Source of the DNA: Xylanibacter ruminicola 23
Lineage (GTDB): Bacteria; Bacteroidota; Bacteroidia; Bacteroidales; Bacteroidaceae
Length of the DNA: 32,000 nucleotides
Assembly: GCF_000025925.1 (NCBI RefSeq)
Contig: NC_014033.1
Location: forward strand, 1,680,001-1,712,000
Reading direction: 5' to 3'
Translations under genes and position numbers: made by a program
The notes under the pieces: generated by a model
Database searches by the model: none
Told to the model about the DNA's origin: nothing
Seen by the model: only the letters and a program-made list of their open reading frames with translations
Shown here: positions 1 through 7,105 of the stretch, piece after piece
Position numbering within the stretch: the first letter of the stretch is position 1
Layout: each line of letters starts with the position of its first letter

Positions 1-735
1 TCGAGTTCTATATACTGCTTTAACGATCTGAAGGATGTAGAGGCCGATCGTCAGCACCCAAAGAAATGTCACCGCCCCATTGCGTCAGGCAAAGTTTCAG
101 TGATGGGAGGCTATGTGATGATGCTACTATGTACCATTGGTGCATTAGCCATTCTGCCATTGGCAGAGAGTCCTAATACGCCTTACCTCTATGCCATCAT
201 TATTGGTTATTGGCTGATGAATATCGGCTATTGTCTGAAGTTGAAGCAGTTTGCTATCCTCGACGTATCGATTATAGCCATAGGTTTTGTGATGCGCGTA
301 TTAGCTGGAGGTATCGCAACGGATATCTACATATCGCACTGGTTGGTGATGATGACTTTCCTAGTCACACTGTTCTTAGCCTTCACCAAACGTAATGACG
401 ATTATCGTATCTATGAGCAGACAGGCACCAAGCCTCGCGTATCAATCACAGGCTACAACAAGACCTTTATCAACGAGGCTACAGCCATCATTGCCTCTGT
501 AACATTGGTGTGCTATATCATGTACACCATGTCGCCAGAGGTGATTCATCGCTTAGGCACCCGTTATGTTTACCTCACGTCAGGCTGGGTATTAGCTGGT
601 TTACTACGCTATCTGCAGAATATGATTGTGTTCGGATTGAGTGGCAGTCCTACCAAATCTTTGGTAAAAGACCATTTCGTGCAATTCTGTATCCTGGGCT
701 GGATAGCCTCATTCTTTGTAATTATCTATCTGTAA
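1..735 (+). CDS. UbiA-family prenyltransferase (decaprenyl-phosphate phosphoribosyltransferase-like), 5' end outside window
   Basis: Frame 1 is open from nt 1 (SSILYCFNDLKDVEADRQHPKKCHRPIASGKV...), the Asp-rich ND..D...D motif plus RPIASG typical of UbiA prenyltransferases. The rest is multi-helix hydrophobic. The ORF-track start at 100 is internal. Confidence 0.75.
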   Translation, partial: SSSIYCFNDLKDVEADRQHPKKCHRPIASGKVSVMGGYVMMLLCTIGALAILPLAESPNTPYLYAIIIGYWLMNIGYCLKLKQFAILDVSIIAIGFVMRVLAGGIATDIYISHWLVMMTFLVTLFLAFTKRNDDYRIYEQTGTKPRVSITGYNKTFINEATAIIASVTLVCYIMYTMSPEVIHRLGTRYVYLTSGWVLAGLLRYLQNMIVFGLSGSPTKSLVKDHFVQFCILGWIASFFVIIYL

Positions 736-736
736 G

Positions 737-1372
737 ATGAAGAAGAAAGAAAGATACGACCTGATTCTGGAGCATTTCCGCGAGAAAATGCCGTTAGTAA
801 CTACCGAGTTAGATTTCGGTAGTACCTTCCAACTGTTAGTAGCTGTGGTGCTGAGTGCGCAGTGTACGGATAAACGCATCAATCAGGTAACGCCCGATTT
901 GTTTGCCCACTACCCTGACGCTCAGTCGATGGCAAAGGCTGAAGAAGAGGACATCTTTGAATGGATAAGGAGTGTATCGTATCCTAACGCCAAAGCAAAA
1001 CACTTGGTAGAAATGGCAAGGGTGCTAATGGAGAAGTTTAATGGCGAAGTACCCAGTACACTCGACGAACTGCTAACACTGCCTGGTGTTGGCCGCAAAA
1101 CAGCAAATGTGATTCAGAGTGTAGCTTTCGGCAAAGCCACCTTAGCCGTCGACACACATGTATTCCGTGTAGCACATCGACTTGGCTTGGTAAGCAAAAG
1201 CGATAATACCCCTTATAAAGTAGAAATGGCGCTCACGAAGTATATCCCCGAAGAGGATATACCTAATGCCCACCACTGGCTGCTACTACATGGACGCTAT
1301 GTTTGCACAGCGAGGAAACCTCACTGTGAGAAATGCGAAATAGAAAAATACTGTGCTAAGATTATTTCTTAG
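737..1372 (+). CDS. nth: endonuclease III (DNA glycosylase/AP lyase)
   Basis: HhH-GPD core LPGVGRKTANV..AVDTHV and a C-terminal Cys cluster CTARKPHCEKCEIEKYC (4Fe-4S loop). 211 aa is the canonical size. Confidence 0.93.
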   Translation: MKKKERYDLILEHFREKMPLVTTELDFGSTFQLLVAVVLSAQCTDKRINQVTPDLFAHYPDAQSMAKAEEEDIFEWIRSVSYPNAKAKHLVEMARVLMEKFNGEVPSTLDELLTLPGVGRKTANVIQSVAFGKATLAVDTHVFRVAHRLGLVSKSDNTPYKVEMALTKYIPEEDIPNAHHWLLLHGRYVCTARKPHCEKCEIEKYCAKIIS

Positions 1373-1799
1373 GAGCGTTACGCTGCTGACCTAACTTGCG
1401 GAAAGCACGACGATGGAATTTATCCTCGGCAATAATCGTTCCAATTACTTTTGAAGCAGGCAATACACGTAAGAACTTATTATGATAGGTCTGAGCTATC
1501 TGCTTCAACTCAATCTCCAACTGGTCGCGACGCTGTACAGCACGCTTGCACGAAGCCTCATCATGGGGCAACTTAAAGAGTTCATGCATCTTATTATAAA
1601 CTACACGCTGCTTCTGTTGCATCTCACGATACAATGGAAAGAACTTAGCGGCCTCTTCGTTAGTCAAACCAGCTTCGGTAGTGATATACTGCTCTAAGTC
1701 AGCCTGGAACTTCTCAGGAGAGAACTTCTGCTGTTCCTCGGCTGAAGCACCAAGCGCAACCACAAACATCAATACTGCGAATACAAGTAGTTTTTTCAT
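1362..1799 (-). CDS. secreted helical protein, Spy/CpxP-like, last gene of the ECF sigma module
   Basis: N-terminal signal peptide MKKLLVFAVLMFVVALGASA, then a charged helical body with an LTNEEAAKF (LTxxQ-like) segment. It lies 13 nt downstream of the anti-sigma-like gene. Its 3' end overlaps the nth 3' end by 11 nt (convergent). Confidence 0.5.
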   Translation of the reverse strand: MKKLLVFAVLMFVVALGASAEEQQKFSPEKFQADLEQYITTEAGLTNEEAAKFFPLYREMQQKQRVVYNKMHELFKLPHDEASCKRAVQRRDQLEIELKQIAQTYHNKFLRVLPASKVIGTIIAEDKFHRRAFRKLGQQRNAPKK

Positions 1800-1812
1800 C
1801 TTTCAAATACTT

Positions 1813-2175
1813 TTAATTTTCAGCTAAGTAAGCATAGATTTCGTGATTATCGAGCATCATGTAGTCAACAGCCTCATCCATATATTCGCTACTGGCATCC
1901 TGTTGCTGAGGCTGAACTGCGGTCTGAGCCTGTATGCTATCAGACGAAACGGCATCATTTGCCTGCCACATCCAGACAGCACCTGCTACCAACAAAGCAC
2001 ACACGCTGGCTGCCGCATAGAATACGGGGCGCATAAATACAGACTTGGCACGACGTTTTGGCTGCTCAGGCAGATTCTGCATCACCTGGGCAGTCAGGTT
2101 ATCAAAATAACCCTCTGGAACGCGGAACGGATTCCGCTTTCCAACCTTTTCCTGTATGTACATTTCTTCGTTCAT
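1813..2175 (-). CDS. anti-sigma-factor-like single-pass membrane protein
   Basis: It sits directly downstream of the ECF sigma gene. NPFRVPEGYFDNL N-terminus, one TM helix (VFYAAASVCALLVAGAVWMW), short Q-rich periplasmic tail. Confidence 0.55.
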   Translation of the reverse strand: MNEEMYIQEKVGKRNPFRVPEGYFDNLTAQVMQNLPEQPKRRAKSVFMRPVFYAAASVCALLVAGAVWMWQANDAVSSDSIQAQTAVQPQQQDASSEYMDEAVDYMMLDNHEIYAYLAEN

Positions 2176-2206
2176 CGTATATATGACGTATTGATATTCA
2201 AATAGT

Positions 2207-2704
2207 TTAATCGCGCGACTTAAAAAATTCTGTAATCTTTTTCACCGCAATATGATAGGACGCTTTCAATGCTCCCTCCGACGTATCGAGCAGCTGACTG
2301 ATGTCGCTGTATTTCATCTCCTCAAAGTATCGCAACTGGAACACCGTACGCTGCACATCGGGCAACTGTGACACAGCCTGTTGCAGCATCGCCTCGGTCT
2401 CGTTACCATCAAAATAGTCATCAGCCAACAGCGAGTTAGCAACCGACATATCATCAGAGGTAGCAGAGCCCAGGTGTTTATTGCGACGCAGAAAGTCGAG
2501 ACTCTCGTTGATAGCTATACGCGACAGCCAAGTTGAGATCTTCGACTCGCCATGAAAATTATCAAAGCCATTCCATGCTTTCAGAAACGTATTCTGAAGC
2601 ACGTCGTTGGCATCGTCGTGGGTAAGCACGATGCGACGTATCTGCCAGTACAGCTGTTCGCTATATTCGCGTACTATCGACTCGAACTCCCTTCGCTTAT
2701 CCAT
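2207..2704 (-). CDS. RNA polymerase ECF-type sigma-70 factor
   Basis: Region 2 (DANDVLQNTFLKAW...FHGESKISTWLSRIAINESLDFLRR) and region 4 (QRTVFQLRYFEEMKYSDISQLLDTSEGALKASYHIAVKKI). 165 aa. Confidence 0.9.
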   Translation of the reverse strand: MDKRREFESIVREYSEQLYWQIRRIVLTHDDANDVLQNTFLKAWNGFDNFHGESKISTWLSRIAINESLDFLRRNKHLGSATSDDMSVANSLLADDYFDGNETEAMLQQAVSQLPDVQRTVFQLRYFEEMKYSDISQLLDTSEGALKASYHIAVKKITEFFKSRD

Positions 2705-4164
2705 TTTAATTCTTTACTAATCACCTTATCGAATCCATACAAATCGGGCCAATAATCAATAGCGCCCGTCTTAGGATTGGGGAAGGTTGTATAATACAAT
2801 ATGTATAGAGGCACGTGAGGCTTTACAGCATGATAGGATATCAGTCGATACGGATGCGGGGCATCAGCATGTTTGTGCAGCCACTCACGACCACGATCGG
2901 TTACAGGCGGAATATCCATCGAGATGCGAAGACTCTCGAGTGTCCATTCATCCACATCAGATAACAGAAAACTGGCCAGTTCAAACGGTTTCTGCACACG
3001 GACACAACCATGCGACAGGGTGCGGCGATCTCGCTGGAAAGCACTACGGTTATTGGTATCGTGAAGATAAATCGAGAAATCATTCTGGGAACGGAATACG
3101 ATACGGCCCAAAGAGTTGCCTACTCCACCCTTCTGACTAATACGCAATTTACCAGAAAGTAACGCATTAGCACCAACACTGGCAACATTCAGAGTATCAC
3201 CCGATTCCTTATCGATAACAGAATAACGGTTACGGGCAAAGTAAGCCGAATCGCCAGCATGATGCACTACTTCGGTCTTTACGATATTCTGTGGAATCAC
3301 CCACTCAGGGTTTACCTGCATATAGCTGATGGCACTATGCAATAAAGGCGTTTTGGTTGGCACCGCACCACAACAGATACGCATATCAAGCACACTATCA
3401 ACATCTATCGCCCACAACTGCTGAGCAGGGATATTTACCAATATCTGGCGTTTTACATCCTTAGGATGCTCTATCTGCCAGCGACAACGCTCCATGTTTA
3501 CCGCCAACTGATGGCGTTTATCAGCATTGGTTGTCTTATCCATTTCACGCAACAGCGCCTTATAGATATAAGTATCAGGCGCTGAAGAAACAAGGAAAGC
3601 CAAGCGATCGCTTTCAGTCATCTTTTTGGCAGCCACAGATGTATCTGGCAAAGCTGGATCATAATCAAACACACGAGCGAAAATGCCAGGATTACCCACC
3701 TTGGGATCCATATGATTAAACACACGTGGTTTCATAAAACCATACCGTTGACCAGTTGCATAGCGAATATATGCCTTGGACAGATGGGCATTCAAACGAG
3801 GTAGCACCTCATTGATACTCATCCCAACCGAATCGAATAATAGCTGATGAACAATCTCTAAATCCTTAGCTATCTCAGGTACAAAAAAAGCAGTTGTATC
3901 TAAGCCGTTACGTGGCACCTCACGGCGCAGATAGGCCAAAACGGAATCGGCATCTGCCGATACCCCCATTCTATCAAACCAAGCACCGGTAACCGCACTG
4001 TCTAACTGATTAACATATTCACCAAAAGCAGAACGTTCAGCCTCAGATAGTTCTTGGCTTCCATGACCGAAGCAGGAAACCAGCACCAAACAGATACTCA
4101 ACAAACCGAAACTTATCGGATGGATACCTTGCGAACTACTTTTCCGACCTTTAATATGTAACAC
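2674..4164 (-). CDS. L,D-transpeptidase family lipoprotein (YkuD domain)
   Basis: Catalytic motif IYLHDTNN...RTLSHGCVRVQKP. Lipoprotein-like signal LSICLVLVSC. The only available start is GTG at 4164, which overlaps the upstream gene by 52 nt, so the start is uncertain. The 3' end overlaps the sigma gene start by 31 nt. Confidence 0.8.
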   Translation of the reverse strand: MLHIKGRKSSSQGIHPISFGLLSICLVLVSCFGHGSQELSEAERSAFGEYVNQLDSAVTGAWFDRMGVSADADSVLAYLRREVPRNGLDTTAFFVPEIAKDLEIVHQLLFDSVGMSINEVLPRLNAHLSKAYIRYATGQRYGFMKPRVFNHMDPKVGNPGIFARVFDYDPALPDTSVAAKKMTESDRLAFLVSSAPDTYIYKALLREMDKTTNADKRHQLAVNMERCRWQIEHPKDVKRQILVNIPAQQLWAIDVDSVLDMRICCGAVPTKTPLLHSAISYMQVNPEWVIPQNIVKTEVVHHAGDSAYFARNRYSVIDKESGDTLNVASVGANALLSGKLRISQKGGVGNSLGRIVFRSQNDFSIYLHDTNNRSAFQRDRRTLSHGCVRVQKPFELASFLLSDVDEWTLESLRISMDIPPVTDRGREWLHKHADAPHPYRLISYHAVKPHVPLYILYYTTFPNPKTGAIDYWPDLYGFDKVISKELKWISEGSSSR

Positions 4165-4415
4165 CCTTTAGAAAGATTTAGTTCCAAACGCTGAACGGGG
4201 GCATCAATCTCATATTCTGCCACCAACCGACCTGTAAGCGATACCACCTGAAGCGTTTTGCCTTGAGCACCACTTACAGTCACAATATGTCCTTCGACCG
4301 CTATCGATGGTTCATCGAATTGTGCCGAAGAAGCCGGATCCATCAGCATTCCAGTAGCTAAAACCGGGGCTGCCAGTAGGAACAATATGGTTGATATGAG
4401 TAGAATTCTCCGCAT
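4113..4415 (-). CDS. small secreted protein consisting of a signal peptide plus a T9SS C-terminal sorting domain
   Basis: MRRILLISTILFLLAAPVLATG signal peptide. The C-terminus LQVVSLTGRLVAEYEID..LELNLSKGCYILKVGKVVRKVSIR matches the T9SS type A CTD pattern. ATG 4415 is chosen over the ORF-track start 4469 because a -33/-7 promoter lies between them. Confidence 0.6.
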   Translation of the reverse strand: MRRILLISTILFLLAAPVLATGMLMDPASSAQFDEPSIAVEGHIVTVSGAQGKTLQVVSLTGRLVAEYEIDAPVQRLELNLSKGCYILKVGKVVRKVSIR

Positions 4416-4438
4416 AAGCAATCTATCTATATTCGGGG

Positions 4439-4470
4439 CAAAGATAGACAAATCTTCCGAAATGAACAAA
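4439..4470 (-). promoter_or_regulatory. Bacteroidota-type promoter (-33 TTTG, 20-nt spacer, -7 TATCTTTG)
   Basis: Minus strand reads TTTG (4470-4467), then 20 nt, then TATCTTTG (4446-4439). This is 23 nt upstream of ATG 4415. Confidence 0.5.
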
Positions 4471-4502
4471 TTTTCGGCTTAAAAAGTAGCTTTTAGAGCC
4501 TT

Positions 4503-5417
4503 CTATACATCGAAAACATCCATTTCATTCGTCAAAAAACTATTCTCGAACACTTCTTTTGCCTGATTCAGCAACACCGTTTCATCCTCATATCGCGAAC
4601 TATAATGACCTAACAACAGTTTGCCTGCCCTCGCATCACGAGCCACCATCGCTGCCTGTCGGGCTGTGGAATGACAGTATTTCTCAGCCTGAGGCAAATG
4701 ATCATCGCCATAGGTACTCTCGTGATAAAGGGTGCTCACCCCTTTCACCTGCTGCCAAAGATCAGGAATATAGCGTGTATCCGACAGATAGGCATAGCTA
4801 CGAATAGGATCGGCAGGTGTAACCAGTCGTTCATTGGGAATCACATCACCATCGGGAGTAGTCCAATCAGCGCCACATTTAATATTATTTATCTGCGAGT
4901 TAGGAATCTGATAGGCATCCATCATATCACGGCGGATATGGGGTTGTGCAGGCTTCTCACTAATCAGATAGCCACAACAAGGCATGCGATGAATCAACGG
5001 AATACTCTCAACTGTAATGCTGCGATCTTCGTACACCACCTGGCGCTGTGTGGTATCTACTGGATAGAATACCACCTCGTAGCCCAAGTCGTGGGTATAG
5101 AATTTAAGTTGTCGGTCTAATTCCTCTCCAAGTTCCTTGGGAGCATGAACATGCAGCTTGGCTGTGCGTCCTAACAAACCGAACGTTGAAATCATACCAA
5201 TCAGTCCAAAACAGTGATCACCATGCAGATGGGTAATAAACACATGACTGAGTTTATTAAAACGTACCCTGCACTTCCGTAACTGCATCTGGGTGCCTTC
5301 GGCACAATCAAGCATCAAAACCTTCTCTCGCACCTCGACCACCTGCGACGACGCATTATGACGAAGTGTAGGCAGCGCACTGCCACAACCTAATATATGA
5401 ACTTTAAATGGTTCCAA
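4503..5417 (-). CDS. rnz: ribonuclease Z (tRNA 3' endonuclease)
   Basis: Metallo-beta-lactamase motif ITHLHGDHCFGL, LGCGSALPT N-terminus, 304 aa. Layout typical of short-form RNase Z. Confidence 0.88.
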   Translation of the reverse strand: MEPFKVHILGCGSALPTLRHNASSQVVEVREKVLMLDCAEGTQMQLRKCRVRFNKLSHVFITHLHGDHCFGLIGMISTFGLLGRTAKLHVHAPKELGEELDRQLKFYTHDLGYEVVFYPVDTTQRQVVYEDRSITVESIPLIHRMPCCGYLISEKPAQPHIRRDMMDAYQIPNSQINNIKCGADWTTPDGDVIPNERLVTPADPIRSYAYLSDTRYIPDLWQQVKGVSTLYHESTYGDDHLPQAEKYCHSTARQAAMVARDARAGKLLLGHYSSRYEDETVLLNQAKEVFENSFLTNEMDVFDV

Positions 5418-5433
5418 AACGCAGTAATTATGT

Positions 5434-6117
5434 TTATAATTTCATATACTCGTCCTGATGTTCCTCCAGCTTCAAGCCATGAAGGTCAGGCTGTTCTTTC
5501 TCTCGCCAACGGCTATACTCAAAGGTTTCCTCCTCATCCTGTGGCTTACCAATGGTTTTATATACTAGCGTATCTGATGAAAGTTTCAGGATATCAAAGC
5601 TGTTGGTTTCCTCAGATTGTTCACCACCTTCGCGAATAGACGTAATTTCCAGTTTGCCATTGAAGATACGCCAGGTACGATAGGTAATGTTGGTCATCTC
5701 AATCGATTCAGCCACACCACCCTCTTTGATACGGATACCTATTTCATCGCTGCCATCCAAAGGATCGGGCATCACCCAATCGCCCAACAACAAGTTGATA
5801 TTGATAACCTCAGAAGCCTCTGTCTGATTTTTATTAGTCATCACTGCCAAACGATCACCTACTCTTACAGAGCCTAACATCTTATGGTTTTCAAGAGCCG
5901 GCGTGATATCAAGCGTCAGCGTGTCACCGACATCAGTTATCACCTTCAACTGGGATGTAGAAGGAATCGCGCCACAGAGTCCATAGAGTGTATGGTCACG
6001 AATCTGATCATACGCATCCACCGTATCCTCTTCACGCTCAGCCTGATGCGTGTTACCACCACAGCTCAACATCATCATAGCGGCCATCGCCACACTCAGA
6101 AAAACCAACTTTTTCAT
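5434..6117 (-). CDS. lipoprotein of unknown function (lipocalin-like)
   Basis: MKKLVFLSVAMAAMMMLSCGG lipobox at ATG 6117. The ORF-track start 6132 is a TTG inside the mazG-lipoprotein spacer. Confidence 0.55.
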   Translation of the reverse strand: MKKLVFLSVAMAAMMMLSCGGNTHQAEREEDTVDAYDQIRDHTLYGLCGAIPSTSQLKVITDVGDTLTLDITPALENHKMLGSVRVGDRLAVMTNKNQTEASEVININLLLGDWVMPDPLDGSDEIGIRIKEGGVAESIEMTNITYRTWRIFNGKLEITSIREGGEQSEETNSFDILKLSSDTLVYKTIGKPQDEEETFEYSRWREKEQPDLHGLKLEEHQDEYMKL

Positions 6118-6133
6118 TTGACTATTTGACAAT

Positions 6134-7015
6134 TTAATGATTTGACAATTCTACTTTCTTCGCTTCATTCCAGAGGGCATCCATCTCGCCTAAAGTCATA
6201 TCCTTAAGCGGCTTGCCAATCTTAATGCTATGCGCCTCGATATAATTAAACCGGTTGATAAACTTTCGGTTTGTCTTTTCAAGGGCATTATCAGGATTCA
6301 GTTTATACAATCGGGCGGCATTAATCACGCTGAACAAGAAATCGCCCAACTCCTCAGTTGATTTTTCTTTATCTTCCTTATTCAGCTCTACCTCCAATTC
6401 AGCCAGTTCCTCATGCACTTTTTTCCATACATCCTGACGGTCTTCCCAATCAAAGCCTACGTTGCGAGCCTTATCCTGAATGCGATAAGCCTTGATCAGT
6501 GATGGCAGAGCATCAGGCACACCAGAGAGAACCGATTCGTTACCATCTTTCTCTTTCAGCTTTATCTGCTCCCAGTTTTCAAGCACCTGACCAACTGTCG
6601 TTACCTTTGCAGAATCACTATTCACTATTCCCTGTTCACTATTCACTTCCTTTGGCACATATGGCAGCGGTTTGGGGTTCTCGGCCTCAATCTGCGAAGG
6701 ATGATAAACATGCGGATGGCGGGTTATCATCTTACGAGTGAGGGCGTTACAAACGTCAGCCATATCAAACTGCTCTTTCTCCTCAGCTATCTTGGCATAG
6801 AAACAGATGTGCAGCAACACATCGCCTAATTCTTTACAAATATCGGGAATATCGTTTTTAATGAGTGCATCGCAGAGCTCGTAAGTCTCCTCGATGGTAT
6901 TGGGGCGAAGACTCTCGTTGGTCTGCTTTTTGTCCCATGGACAATTTGCTCTTAACGCGTCTAAAACGTCAAGAAAACGACCGAAAGCCTGCATTTTTTC
7001 TTCTTTTGTATGCAT
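6134..7015 (-). CDS. mazG: nucleoside triphosphate pyrophosphohydrolase MazG (tandem MazG domains)
   Basis: [17 protein letters not shown] and ELGDVLLHI motifs in domain 1; [18 protein letters not shown] in domain 2. The linker between the domains carries a repeat-derived insert (see findings). ATG 6994 is an alternative start. Confidence 0.85.
   Translation of the reverse strand: MHTKEEKMQAFGRFLDVLDALRANCPWDKKQTNESLRPNTIEETYELCDALIKNDIPDICKELGDVLLHICFYAKIAEEKEQFDMADVCNALTRKMITRHPHVYHPSQIEAENPKPLPYVPKEVNSEQGIVNSDSAKVTTVGQVLENWEQIKLKEKDGNESVLSGVPDALPSLIKAYRIQDKARNVGFDWEDRQDVWKKVHEELAELEVELNKEDKEKSTEELGDFLFSVINAARLYKLNPDNALEKTNRKFINRFNYIEAHSIKIGKPLKDMTLGEMDALWNEAKKVELSNH
6616..6650. repeat. 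five tandem 7-bp units (CACTATT x3 perfect, CCCTGTT and CACTTCC degenerate) inside mazG
   Basis: Read directly: cactatt cactatt ccctgtt cactatt cacttcc. Encodes ...[12 protein letters not shown]... on the minus strand. Confidence 0.85.
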
Positions 7016-7034
7016 AAAACTATCTTTTTCCGTG

Positions 7035-7042
7035 CAAAAGTA
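7035..7042 (-). promoter_or_regulatory. -7 box TACTTTTG upstream of mazG
   Basis: Minus strand TACTTTTG, 19 nt upstream of ATG 7015. No clear -33 element. Confidence 0.35.
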
Positions 7043-7064
7043 CTAATATTAATTGGAAATTTAG

Positions 7065-7072
7065 TAATTTTG
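7065..7072 (+). promoter_or_regulatory. -7 box TAATTTTG upstream of valS
   Basis: TAATTTTG lies 33 nt upstream of ATG 7106. Confidence 0.4.
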
Positions 7073-7105
7073 CAGCGATTTTTGCAAAATATTAAAATAT
7101 TATAT

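Noticed and set aside
7065-7092. Imperfect palindrome TAATTTTGCA-N-TGCAAAATATTA in the mazG/valS spacer, considered as an operator.
   Set aside because: The left arm is the valS -7 box itself. The right arm does not form a valid box on the other strand, and there are only 8 matched bases. This is not enough to call a regulatory site.
7010-7105. ORF-track start of valS at 7010 ([17 protein letters not shown]...).
   Set aside because: This extension is AT-rich, non-conserved, overlaps the divergent mazG start, and contains the TAATTTTG promoter box. The conserved ValRS N-terminus begins at ATG 7106.
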